A stretch of DNA of 64,000 bases from a virus. Taxonomy: Duplodnaviria > Caudoviricetes. The translations under genes were made by a program, and so were the position numbers. The DNA lies in the IMG/VR virus record IMGVR_UViG_3300036772_000211, positions 961-64,960 of that record. One strand, given 5' to 3'. The notes beneath the pieces are model-generated. The model was not told the origin of the DNA. It worked only from the letters and a program-made list of their open reading frames with translations, and did no database searches. Position 1 is the first letter of the stretch, and each line of letters starts with the position of its first letter. Positions 27,693-36,276 of the stretch are shown here, one piece after another.

Positions 27693-27743
27693 ATTATCGC
27701 TCATGTTTGACTATGCTGTCAAGAGCGTATATGGTGGTCATGC
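27693..27743. promoter_or_regulatory. Overlapping divergent promoters P6 (leftward) and P-RHH (rightward)
   Basis: Minus: TTGACA-18-GATAAT-GCATGC-ATG. Plus: TTGACT-17-TATGGT-GGTCATGC-ATG. Confidence 0.85.
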
Positions 27744-27944
27744 ATGAACAACATACGAGCTTCCTATGCGCCCGAGCGCATGATTCAGGTGAGAAACCTC
27801 GACCCACAAGTCAAGCGCGAGATGCGGTTGGAATGTGCTTACCGTGACCTGACGCTTGGTGAGCTAATCAACGAGATCTGGCGAGAGCACATCGACGCGA
27901 ATGGGTCGCTATGGGCGCGGGAAGATGTGGCAGCAGCTAGCTAG
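27744..27944 (+). CDS. Ribbon-helix-helix-like DNA-binding protein
   Basis: MIQVRNLDPQVKREMRLECAYRDLTLGELINEIW: alternating beta strand followed by two helices. Confidence 0.7.
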   Translation: MNNIRASYAPERMIQVRNLDPQVKREMRLECAYRDLTLGELINEIWREHIDANGSLWAREDVAAAS

Positions 27945-28302
27945 ACAGCTGCTCTATGAACGCGACCGCGGTCTATGCTGCTTCTGCGACCTGCCCGTCC
28001 CATTCGAGACGATGCATATAGACCACAGGCAACCGCGCGCGCTCGGCGGCGGTAGCGATGCGGGCAACCTTCGCGTCGCGCATCGTGGCTGCAACATTGC
28101 TGCCGGCAACGAGGTGGCTATGAAGCGACGCGCTATGGGTATGCCGCCCGTCACCGTCACGCTGTCTATCTATCGGTTGCACGCGTCACTGATTCACGCG
28201 ATGCGAGTCGAATGCGCCGCGCGCGACATCCCCATATCGCAGCTGATCGCCGACATGTGGCACACCTACCAGTCGAGCGGGGCGTCCGCGGTCAGGTCAT
28301 AG
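27901..28302 (+). CDS. HNH endonuclease fused to a C-terminal RHH-like domain
   Basis: RD..CCFC..HIDHRQPRALGG....NLRVAHRGCN, then LSIYRL..MRVECAARDIPISQLIADMW. Start could be 27925. Confidence 0.75.
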   Translation: MGRYGRGKMWQQLARQLLYERDRGLCCFCDLPVPFETMHIDHRQPRALGGGSDAGNLRVAHRGCNIAAGNEVAMKRRAMGMPPVTVTLSIYRLHASLIHAMRVECAARDIPISQLIADMWHTYQSSGASAVRS

Positions 28303-28339
28303 AAAAACCCGCCTGACGCGGGGAGCCGCCAGGCGGGTA
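28303..28339 (-). terminator. Intrinsic terminator downstream of the integrase
   Basis: ACCCGCCTGGCG..CGTCAGGCGGGT-TTTT on the minus strand. Confidence 0.75.
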
Positions 28340-28340
28340 T

Positions 28341-28448
28341 GTTAGAAACTGGTTAGAAACGTGTTTTCGAGTTGATAACGTGACGCCGTTACACCTGAAC
28401 AAGATTGCGGCTGTAACAGTGTTCGTTTGACGGTTCCGGAGTTAGCGC
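28341..28448. repeat. AT-richer gap with direct repeat GTTAGAAAC x2; candidate integrase arm sites / attP
   Basis: GTTAGAAAC-TG-GTTAGAAAC at 28341-28360, immediately 3' of the integrase. Confidence 0.45.
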
Positions 28449-29696
28449 TTACTTTGTCAGGCGCCGGCTCCCACGCGGGCTGGCAAAGCGCGTGGCTGGG
28501 GCTGTCTGCTGTTCCACGGGAGGCACCCCGGCCATGTCGTCACCAGCCCACGTAGGGCCCGCGTAACCAGTCAACGGAGCCCGCCGGCGAGCGGCTATGG
28601 GGCTCGATTGCAGTTGGGTTACGACAGGGTGTGGGCCGAGTACCGATTCGGCCAGGGATGCACGCCCGCGGCGCGCGTCGATCGTCGTCTGCGCCAGGTG
28701 GACGTAATCCGCCAGGACGCCGGTGCTGATGTGGCCCACGATGCGCCGCAGGCCCATCTCGTCGCCTGGATGCACCGTCAGATACCACGTACAGAAGGTA
28801 TGCCTGAAACGGTGGGGATAGGCGTCCTCGACGTCTGAGGCGGCGGCGATGCGCTTGATGACGTCGTTGCCGCCCTCGGCGGTCAGCTGGTGGCCGTCGC
28901 GCGCCAGGAAGACATAGCCGAGCGGGTTGCTCCAGCGCTGCTCCTGAATCGACAGGTGACGCGCGAGCGCGCGCACGACGCGCCCGCCGTCGCGCCTTGG
29001 ACGACCGTTGTCGTCGTAGGACTGGATAGAGATGGTTCGCTCCCGGCGACCCTTGCCCATAACCGTAACCGCGCGTTCCGTCAGGTTGAGCTTCTCAAGT
29101 TTGAGGCTGCACGCTTCTCCGATCCGTACTCCAGTGTCCAGCAGCAGTAGGAACAGCGCCTCGTCGCGCGCCGGATTGCGAGTCCGGAAGCAGGCCCCCC
29201 ACATGGCGGCTAGCTCTTGGTCGCTGAACGGTGTACGGGTGAACTTTGTTATGCGCGGTCGCTTGAGCTTGCGCAGCGGGTTGACCTCAACATACTCGTT
29301 CTCTTCGAGCAGGTTGCCCAGCCGCTTGAGCACGTCCGCGGCGGCGCGCACGGCAACCTCGCCGCCACGCGTGCGCCGCGGGTGCTCCAGGGTGCGATAC
29401 CAGACGAGGAACTCCCGGACCCGATCTGGCCGCAGTTCATTGAGTGCCGGCGTGATGCCGCGGCCTCTCAAGAACTCAAGGAAGCGCACCTCGTAGTCGA
29501 GGTACTGCTTGTGCGTATGCTCTGATGCGCCGTTGGCGCCGAGCACCAGCTGGTGAAACGAAACAGCGTCGCGGAGATCCTGCACAGACCCCCTCCACGC
29601 GGGCACAGATTCGGGTGCCTGTCGCCGACTCCCCGTGGTCCGGGGACTGCTGCCCTGCCCGCGAGAAGTCGTGTTACGGCGCATCAAGCGTGCCAC
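28449..29696 (-). CDS. int: Tyrosine integrase/recombinase
   Basis: LLLDTGVRIGE, GKGRRER, PHRFRHTF, VGH..DY catalytic set. Confidence 0.92.
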   Translation of the reverse strand: MARLMRRNTTSRGQGSSPRTTGSRRQAPESVPAWRGSVQDLRDAVSFHQLVLGANGASEHTHKQYLDYEVRFLEFLRGRGITPALNELRPDRVREFLVWYRTLEHPRRTRGGEVAVRAAADVLKRLGNLLEENEYVEVNPLRKLKRPRITKFTRTPFSDQELAAMWGACFRTRNPARDEALFLLLLDTGVRIGEACSLKLEKLNLTERAVTVMGKGRRERTISIQSYDDNGRPRRDGGRVVRALARHLSIQEQRWSNPLGYVFLARDGHQLTAEGGNDVIKRIAAASDVEDAYPHRFRHTFCTWYLTVHPGDEMGLRRIVGHISTGVLADYVHLAQTTIDARRGRASLAESVLGPHPVVTQLQSSPIAARRRAPLTGYAGPTWAGDDMAGVPPVEQQTAPATRFASPRGSRRLTK

Positions 29697-29781
29697 CGTT
29701 CATGTCCGTACATGCGTCTGCTTCATGGATCTATCTGAGGGATGGCCAGGACCGATGTCACAAACGCGGTACGACGCCCGA

Positions 29782-30342
29782 TTAGACTGACGCTAGTGCT
29801 TCATCACGTATGTCGAGATGACGGGGCTTTATTGGGCGCTGACGGCGTCTGTATCCCTTGATGGAGCCTGTCGGCGGCACTGTATCGGCCGATTCTTCTA
29901 CGACTCTATCGGGCGATACGTCGTTGGGCTGCTGGCGCAGCATCTCGGCGGTATTGCGGGCATTCTCGGTCGCCAGGTTGAAGTTGGCCTGGATGATGGC
30001 TGGCCAGAAGGCTTCGGGTGCGCCGCGCACGGCTGCCATGAACTCCGCAGTACGCGCGGCGATGTCGACCTCGATGTCGCTCTTCGCGTCCAACTGCGCC
30101 TTGCCAGGACGGTAGCCGCACAGGATCAGCAGGTCGTCGTACGGCACGTCCAGCACCGGCGCGTACTTCTCAAGGTTCTCGGGGCTGGGGCGCACGCGGC
30201 GCCTGGGGTCAGCGGCCAGGTGCTTGCTAACCAGAGACTGGGCGATCTCGGTCGCCTCAGCCAGGCGAGCTTGTGACCAGCCGCGGCGTTCGAGCCACGC
30301 GAGCACAAACTCTCGGAAATCTTCCATGCGAATCAGGGCCAT
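29782..30342 (-). CDS. CI-like Xre repressor
   Basis: RRGWSQARLAEATEIAQSLVSK..PSPENLEKYA.VL; divergent from the cro-like gene and co-oriented with int. Confidence 0.85.
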   Translation of the reverse strand: MALIRMEDFREFVLAWLERRGWSQARLAEATEIAQSLVSKHLAADPRRRVRPSPENLEKYAPVLDVPYDDLLILCGYRPGKAQLDAKSDIEVDIAARTAEFMAAVRGAPEAFWPAIIQANFNLATENARNTAEMLRQQPNDVSPDRVVEESADTVPPTGSIKGYRRRQRPIKPRHLDIRDEALASV

Positions 30343-30365
30343 CCTTATACGTGGGAGTTGACAGC

Positions 30366-30459
30366 ACTCTAACGCGTGCATGACTACGCGTCAATCGAAT
30401 GCACACTCTGTTGACAATCGAGCATTGCAGTCAGTCACGCCAGACGCTAAGATTCTGTC
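30366..30459. promoter_or_regulatory. Lysis/lysogeny switch promoters
   Basis: Minus: TTGACG-17-TAGAGT. Plus: TTGCAG-17-TAAGAT-6 nt-ATG (leaderless cro). Confidence 0.75.
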
Positions 30460-30705
30460 ATGCAAAACAAGGCTGTGGGGGCCAGGATCTCAGAGCGACT
30501 GGAACTTTTCGAGCGCGATCAGCGCTGGCTGGCGCGACGCGTTGGAAAGAGTCCGTCGCTGATCTCTCGATGGATGGATGGCAGCCGACAGATGACGCCG
30601 CAGGAGCTACGCGAGGTAGCCATCGCGCTGCACATGGAGCCGACCGCTCTGTTCGACGCGCTGTTCGATTCTGCCGACAAGGCTGAGCAGGAGAAGGTGG
30701 CGTGA
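30460..30705 (+). CDS. Cro-like HTH protein
   Basis: QRWLARRVGKSPSLISRWMDGSR. Confidence 0.85.
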   Translation: MQNKAVGARISERLELFERDQRWLARRVGKSPSLISRWMDGSRQMTPQELREVAIALHMEPTALFDALFDSADKAEQEKVA

Positions 30706-31160
30706 AGGTCTACCTGGCCGCGCGCTACTCGCGGCACCCCGAGATGCAGGTTTACGCGGCAGAGATTGAGAGCTTCGGCCACTCGATCACCAGCCGCTGG
30801 ATCTGGGGCAGTCATCAGGTGATGCTCAACGGTGAACCGCTCGGGCCTGAACGCGAAGCGATGTTCGAGTCTGACCACGAAGCGATGGAGCAGCAGCGGC
30901 GCGAGTTCGCCGGCCACGACTGGGACGACCTGATGGCCGCGGACGTGGTGATCTCGTTCACCGAGCGACCGCGCACATCGAGCACCTCGCGCGGCGGCAG
31001 GCATGTTGAGTTCGGTGCGGCACTGGCAGCTGGCAAGCGCTGCATCGTCGTCGGCTGGCGCGAGAACGTCTTCCATTGTCTGCCTGGCGTCGAGTTCTAC
31101 ATGACCTGGGGCGAGGCGTTCGAGGCTGTTGTCGTCGGCGGAAAGGAGCGGGTGGCGTGA
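30702..31160 (+). CDS. Nucleoside 2-deoxyribosyltransferase-like protein
   Basis: KVYLA..D..ADVVI..GGRHVEFGAA.A.GK..VG.RENVFH. Confidence 0.75.
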   Translation: MKVYLAARYSRHPEMQVYAAEIESFGHSITSRWIWGSHQVMLNGEPLGPEREAMFESDHEAMEQQRREFAGHDWDDLMAADVVISFTERPRTSSTSRGGRHVEFGAALAAGKRCIVVGWRENVFHCLPGVEFYMTWGEAFEAVVVGGKERVA

Positions 31161-31417
31161 TCACCTCGAAGCCCTGGTACGCGAGCCTGACGCTATGGGT
31201 CAACCTGCTGTCAATCATTGCCGTGGGCCTGGTCACCGCTGGTCCGCTGGCCGACCTGCTGCAACTGACACCTCAGCAGGTCGCAGCTGGCGCGGTGCTC
31301 CTGGCCGTGGTCAACGGAGCCATCCGCGTCCTGCGCACCAACCAGCCGATCAGTGGCACGCCGGCACAGGCAGCGCTGGAGCATGCGGCGGTCATGCGTC
31401 GGCTGACCGAGGACTGA
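31157..31417 (+). CDS. Two-TM holin-like protein
   Basis: KPWYASLTLWVN..VN..IR..TNQPI, a pattern common in small phage holin-like proteins. Confidence 0.55.
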   Translation: MITSKPWYASLTLWVNLLSIIAVGLVTAGPLADLLQLTPQQVAAGAVLLAVVNGAIRVLRTNQPISGTPAQAALEHAAVMRRLTED

Positions 31418-31420
31418 GCG

Positions 31421-31705
31421 GTGAAGCGCTTCTGTCCGATCCACGAGTACGAGCGTTATGAGTGCGGTCCTGAGTGCCGCGCTCGGCGCAAACAGTTCAA
31501 GGCGATCTGCCACAGCTTCAACGTCCTCTGGCACGATCGCATGCGCCGCGGCGTCAAGTACGTCTCGCTGGCGCGCGTGCTGCGTTGCCCCGTCTGCCGC
31601 CACCTGTTCGCACCCCAACGGGGCAATCAGCTGTTCTGCTCGATCGAATGCCGTCGGCGCCAGGAGCACTGGCGTCGTTACGCCAGGCTCAAGGCCGCGG
31701 CATGA
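31421..31705 (+). CDS. Zn-finger protein
   Basis: CPVC..F..Q.FCS.EC. Confidence 0.6.
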   Translation: MKRFCPIHEYERYECGPECRARRKQFKAICHSFNVLWHDRMRRGVKYVSLARVLRCPVCRHLFAPQRGNQLFCSIECRRRQEHWRRYARLKAAA

Positions 31706-32133
31706 CCAGCGCGGCCATCGTCACCTCGGCGCTGACCCACAACCAGTGGGTGAACCAGATTGTCGAGTGGGCGCACCTGGGCGGCTGGCGCGTCTACGTG
31801 ATGCACGACTCACGCAGCCAGCACTGGGCCACAGACACCGGCTTCGCGGACGTCTTCTGCGTCGATGAGCGTGGCCTCGGCCGCGGCGCAGTCTGCTTCG
31901 AGTGCAAGACGGGTAGCGGTCGCGAGCGCAGGGATCAGGCTGCCTGGAGATCCGCCATGCTCGATGCAGGCATCCGCAGCCTGGTGGTCTATCCCGTCGA
32001 TGACAGGGTGGTGCAGCAGATCCTGTTGGACGGCATCCCCTTACACGACATAGTCATGCGCGGTATACTCAGAGACGCACGCCTGCCTGACAGGCGCCAA
32101 CCACGAAGAAGCCCCAGACGCGTGAACGCCTGA
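31702..32133 (+). CDS. VRR-NUC-like nuclease / resolvase
   Basis: H.DSR..GFAD..FECKT..G....Q..W. Confidence 0.75.
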   Translation: MTSAAIVTSALTHNQWVNQIVEWAHLGGWRVYVMHDSRSQHWATDTGFADVFCVDERGLGRGAVCFECKTGSGRERRDQAAWRSAMLDAGIRSLVVYPVDDRVVQQILLDGIPLHDIVMRGILRDARLPDRRQPRRSPRRVNA

Positions 32134-32169
32134 GGCTTCGGACACCACAAGGAAGGTTGAGTTCCACGG

Positions 32170-32319
32170 ATGTCGCTCTTCGATTGTAACCAAGCCAGCG
32201 CTCGCGCAGCGATCAAGAACTGGCTTCATCACCATTTTCACAGCAGTGTGAAGATCGGCCCGTTCTACGTGAGCACGTGGGACTGGGAAGAGCAGCACCG
32301 GATCTGCTGCCACCCCTGA
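32170..32319 (+). CDS. 49-aa hypothetical protein
   Basis: AAGGAAGG upstream; fills the intergenic gap. Confidence 0.35.
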   Translation: MSLFDCNQASARAAIKNWLHHHFHSSVKIGPFYVSTWDWEEQHRICCHP

Positions 32320-32406
32320 CGAAAGGATGGTTTCCGCGTTTCTGTCTATCCGCACGTCTAGTGCGCCTCGCGTCAGCGCTGGAATCGACGCCGCAAACGC
32401 CCCCTC

Positions 32407-33027
32407 ATGAATATGTTCGCCACCCCTAAGAGCGTTTCCTACGTGGCTTCCGCGGAGCCAATCGACCCCAATGCCAAGTACCTCGTCGTTCTCATGGAGA
32501 TCAAGGACGAGGGTGTCAGCCAGTTCGCTGACCAGGCGGACGCTGACCCGCCGCACAACCTGGGCTGGACGTTCCGCCTCCACAACATGGACAAGACGCC
32601 CGTCCTGAATATCGATGGTGACGTGTACGAGCACCACGACTTCACCTCGAACCGCACCGGCAAAGGTGGTGCGCGCACAGCCAAGGCGCGCGAGTGGATC
32701 GAAGCCCTGCTCGGTCGCGCCGTCGATGACGGCGAGATCAACGACTCGCTGCCTGGCCAGCTGATCCACAAGGCCGCGGTGATCCTCTTCGAGACGAAGG
32801 AAGTCACGGGTCGCAACGGTGAGACGTATGAGCGGCTGCGCATCATGCGCATGTCGCCCATGAAAGACGGCGGGCAACCGATGCCGCAGGCCGCGGCCAT
32901 CTCTCCCCGTCAAGGAGCCGCGCCACTGCCGGTCGCGGCGCCATCACTCGACGCCGTCCTGGCGGGAAGACCTCAAGGAGCACCGGCAGCGCGCACGCCA
33001 GACCCCGACAACGAGCTTCCCTTCTAG
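32407..33027 (+). CDS. Single-stranded DNA-binding protein-like
   Basis: Beta-rich core, Pro/Ala linker and acidic C-terminal tail DPDNELPF; directly precedes the primase. Confidence 0.7.
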   Translation: MNMFATPKSVSYVASAEPIDPNAKYLVVLMEIKDEGVSQFADQADADPPHNLGWTFRLHNMDKTPVLNIDGDVYEHHDFTSNRTGKGGARTAKAREWIEALLGRAVDDGEINDSLPGQLIHKAAVILFETKEVTGRNGETYERLRIMRMSPMKDGGQPMPQAAAISPRQGAAPLPVAAPSLDAVLAGRPQGAPAARTPDPDNELPF

Positions 33028-33052
33028 GCCCAGGTAACCCGAGTCCACCCGG

Positions 33053-34972
33053 GTGACGTTCACAGCCCCCGCCGAACTCGCCACGCGACCCCAGTGGGTC
33101 GCGTGGCGGATCGAGGATCGCATCGACGCGAAGGGGGAAGTCAAACCTACCAAGGTGCCGTACAACGCGCGCACAGGCAAGCGGGCAGCTAGCACTGACC
33201 CGTCAACCTGGGCGGCGTTCGAGGTGGCTGTGGCGTTCGCAGAGCACGAGCGCATGGGTGGCATCGGCTTCGTGGTCACCAACGATGACCCGTACGTCGG
33301 CGTCGACCTTGATCACTGCCGCGATGATGACACGGGTGCGATCGAAGAGTGGGCTGCCGTGATTGCGATGCAACTCGACAGCTACACAGAGATCAGCCCG
33401 TCGGGCACTGGACTGCGGATCTTCGTCCGCGGCGAGCTACCACCGTTCGGCAAGCGCAAAGGCCACGTCGAGATGTACCAGCACGCGCGCTTCCTGACGG
33501 TGACCGGCAACCATCTCGAAGGCAGCCCCGAAGCCATCGAAGATCGGTGCAGTGAACTGCTCGAACTGCACCACAGCGTCTTCGGAGCGCCGCCGGAGGC
33601 GCGCCAGAACGGTCATGTGGCGGCGCGCCTCCCTCTCGCGCTCGCTGACGCCGACGTGCTCAAGAAGGCTCGCGGCGCGACCAATGGCGAGAAGTTCTGG
33701 GCACTGTGGAACGGTGACTGGTCAGGCAGCTACGACTCGCAGTCCGAAGCTGACCTGGCACTGGTGAGTTACCTGGCGTTCTATACGGGTCCAGACGAAG
33801 CGCGCCTGGATCAGCTGTTCCGCGCGAGCGGCCTGGTGCGTGACAAGTGGGACCGACCTGACTACCGCGGAAGCACGATCAGCAAAGCGCTGGACGGTCG
33901 CACGGAGTTCTATGGTAACGGCAGCCTCGCGCTAGCGCCCAGGCTCAGCGTCAACGGTCTGGTGCATGCCAGCGCTGGTGAGGTTGACCCAGAGACGGGC
34001 GAGGTGGTCAAGCCGCGCCTGATTATCTCGCTAGCTGAGATGGTGAAGGGCGCACCCGAGTCAGACCGCCAGCTTGTCGAAGGCATGCTGTGGGCCGGCC
34101 TGCTGCACTGGCTGTACTCAGGACCAGGCTCAGGCAAGACCATGCTCGCGCTCGCGATGGGCATGCACATCGCGGCTGGCAAGCCGTTCCTGGGCCGTGC
34201 CGTGGAACAGGGCACGGTGCTGCTGGTCGAAGAGGATTCGCCGCGCACCGTTATGCGCGACTACGTTGAGCTTCTGGCGGCAATCTATGACATCGACCTC
34301 GACGGGCTGCCGTTCTATATGAACGACATTCGCGGGCTGAAGATGTCAGACGAAGACGGCTGTAACGCGGTCAAAGAGCTTGTGGCCGCATGCCCGCAGC
34401 AACCGCTGCTGCTGATCCTCGACGCCTGCGAGCGCCTGGTGCCGAGCGCTGACTTCAACAGCCGAGAGCTAGCACCGCTCAAAGATTTCCGCGTGTGGGC
34501 CGAAGAGCAAGCCGTCGCAATGCTGATGATCGACCACACGCGAAAGCCAGGCAATGGCGACAAGATAGACGACATCGACCTGCTCTATGGTGGCCGCTCA
34601 AAGTCCGCGCTCGCGGACATCATGATGTGCATAAAGGGCAGCATCAAAGCTGAGGCTAAGCTGACCTTCCCCAAGCGTCGCGGCGAGGATATCCCAGCTA
34701 TCGATCTGAACTTCGATGCTGCTGGCGGATTCATCTTCAAGCAGGAAGCTGCGCCGCTCAGCGACAACGAACGGCTGATAATCAAAGCCATCAACAATGC
34801 ACCTGGGACGCGGCTAACCAAAGCCGACATCATGAAGGATTCTGGCCTACCAGAAGGCATCGCGAACCGCGCGCTGCAAGCCCTTGTGAAGGCTGGTCGT
34901 ATCGACCGTCAGGGAGCCTCAGTGGCGACCACGTACGGCCTGCGGACTGGCACAGGAGGGTTCTTCAGTTGA
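33053..34972 (+). CDS. Primase-polymerase (NrS-1-like) fused to an AAA/RecA-type helicase and wHTH
   Basis: QWVAW..KVPY..GVDLDHC..YTEISPSGTG..EMY..RFLTVTG; SEAD; Walker A GPGSGKT; IDHTRK. Confidence 0.9.
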   Translation: MTFTAPAELATRPQWVAWRIEDRIDAKGEVKPTKVPYNARTGKRAASTDPSTWAAFEVAVAFAEHERMGGIGFVVTNDDPYVGVDLDHCRDDDTGAIEEWAAVIAMQLDSYTEISPSGTGLRIFVRGELPPFGKRKGHVEMYQHARFLTVTGNHLEGSPEAIEDRCSELLELHHSVFGAPPEARQNGHVAARLPLALADADVLKKARGATNGEKFWALWNGDWSGSYDSQSEADLALVSYLAFYTGPDEARLDQLFRASGLVRDKWDRPDYRGSTISKALDGRTEFYGNGSLALAPRLSVNGLVHASAGEVDPETGEVVKPRLIISLAEMVKGAPESDRQLVEGMLWAGLLHWLYSGPGSGKTMLALAMGMHIAAGKPFLGRAVEQGTVLLVEEDSPRTVMRDYVELLAAIYDIDLDGLPFYMNDIRGLKMSDEDGCNAVKELVAACPQQPLLLILDACERLVPSADFNSRELAPLKDFRVWAEEQAVAMLMIDHTRKPGNGDKIDDIDLLYGGRSKSALADIMMCIKGSIKAEAKLTFPKRRGEDIPAIDLNFDAAGGFIFKQEAAPLSDNERLIIKAINNAPGTRLTKADIMKDSGLPEGIANRALQALVKAGRIDRQGASVATTYGLRTGTGGFFS

Positions 34973-34977
34973 GCGGG

Positions 34978-35144
34978 AAAAGCGTGCTACGGGGCGTGAC
35001 ACGCTTTAGCACGCTCAATCTCAAAAGCGTGCCAAAAGCGTGCTACGACTACAAGATCAATACAGGATCGAGCGTGCTACGTAGCGTGCCAAAAGCGTGC
35101 CAAGCGTGCTACGCCCGAGTTCAAAAGCGTGCTACGGAGCGTGT
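34978..35144. repeat. Iteron array, probable replication origin
   Basis: Eight direct AGCGTGC copies (34981, 35026, 35037, 35071, 35083, 35094, 35103, 35126), mostly (AAA)AGCGTGC(TAC/C), plus inverted copies near 35000-35015. Confidence 0.8.
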
Positions 35145-35269
35145 CGCCTCGCGCGCGTACGCGAGCGCGTGCATGACGCGCGCCCCCTTCGGGGGAGAGA
35201 TGGTTTGTGTGGTCGGGGCGGCTCCCGCTAACGCTCCCGCCGCCCTCCGACCAGTGTGTGGAGGATCGA

Positions 35270-35542
35270 ATGGCTAAATTCGTTCATGTGTCGGCGCTTG
35301 ACGCTGACACTCGGCAATGGCGGCACGTGTTCGTCAACGCCGAGCAGATTCAGTACATCCGAGACATGCCGATGGGCGCACCATCGATGACTCAGATCGT
35401 GATGGCGAACGGCATTGTGCTCAGCGTGGATGGCAGCGCTGACTGCCTCGCTGAGTACCTGGCGGGGGATTCTGTTCACCCGCTCGAAGACTGGATCTAC
35501 ACCAACCATCGGCGGATCGACATGGATGGGTCCGCAACCTGA
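35270..35542 (+). CDS. Hypothetical protein
   Basis: GGAGG RBS; coupled to the next gene. Confidence 0.55.
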   Translation: MAKFVHVSALDADTRQWRHVFVNAEQIQYIRDMPMGAPSMTQIVMANGIVLSVDGSADCLAEYLAGDSVHPLEDWIYTNHRRIDMDGSAT

Positions 35543-36276
35543 TGGAAAAGCACCCGCCTGCCTACCTGAGCAGTAGCCGTCTCGGCTGCTACGACTGGTG
35601 CCCTGCCGAGTTTCGCAAGCGGTACGTGGAAAACCACGATGAGCCACCTACCGCGGAGCGCATCTTCGGCGTGTCGGTGCATGCGGGATTCGAGGCCCAT
35701 TTCAAGGGTGAGGATGGCGACGTTGCGTTCCTGCGAGCGTGGCGCGAAGGCGTCAAAGAGCTACAGGCAGCCGACGTGCTCTTCGGCCCTGGTCTGGAGC
35801 TACGCGGCCTGGAAATGCTGGATCAGATCCGCGACCTGGGCATCGCTGGTGAGCCTGAGCGCTTCGTATCGGTAGTGTATCCGGGCTTCAAGATCCCGTT
35901 CATCGGCTACGCAGATCTGTGGGCCGATGGGCACATTTACGACTTCAAAACCACGGGCTACCCCTGGACGCAGGCCAAGGCGGACGCCCAGATATTTCAG
36001 CCGGCAATCTACTCGCAGGCATACCTCGATGAGCACGGCACGCTGCCGCGGTTCACGTTCATCGTGCTGCCGAGGATTGCAGGACAGATTCAGATGTTGA
36101 ATGGCACGCGCGACATCGAGCAGATCGAGGCAGTGTTCGCTCGCGCGCATCAGATCCACGAGTGCATCGAGAATCATCAGTTCGATTGCCAGTGCGGAAA
36201 GCACGGGCTGGATGACGACATGGTGATCAATCTGCAGATCGCCAAGACGTTCGAGCGGAGGAAGTTCATCGTATGA
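35542..36276 (+). CDS. PD-(D/E)XK RecB-family exonuclease
   Basis: LS.S....CP..FG..VH..E..IGYAD..IYDFKT..Q..IY. Confidence 0.85.
   Translation: MEKHPPAYLSSSRLGCYDWCPAEFRKRYVENHDEPPTAERIFGVSVHAGFEAHFKGEDGDVAFLRAWREGVKELQAADVLFGPGLELRGLEMLDQIRDLGIAGEPERFVSVVYPGFKIPFIGYADLWADGHIYDFKTTGYPWTQAKADAQIFQPAIYSQAYLDEHGTLPRFTFIVLPRIAGQIQMLNGTRDIEQIEAVFARAHQIHECIENHQFDCQCGKHGLDDDMVINLQIAKTFERRKFIV

Noticed and set aside
28520-28660. Possible tRNA/tmRNA/SRP fragment as att core near the integrase
   Set aside because: I could not recognise a T-loop/CCA or SRP motif by eye; this needs an Infernal or BLAST search.
34978-35144. Repeat cluster considered as a CRISPR array
   Set aside because: Units are 7-13 nt with irregular short spacing and there are no cas genes; it fits iterons.
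34969-35277. 102-aa ORF across the repeat array
   Set aside because: The translation is just the iterons read out (KSV/KAC repeats); probably non-coding.
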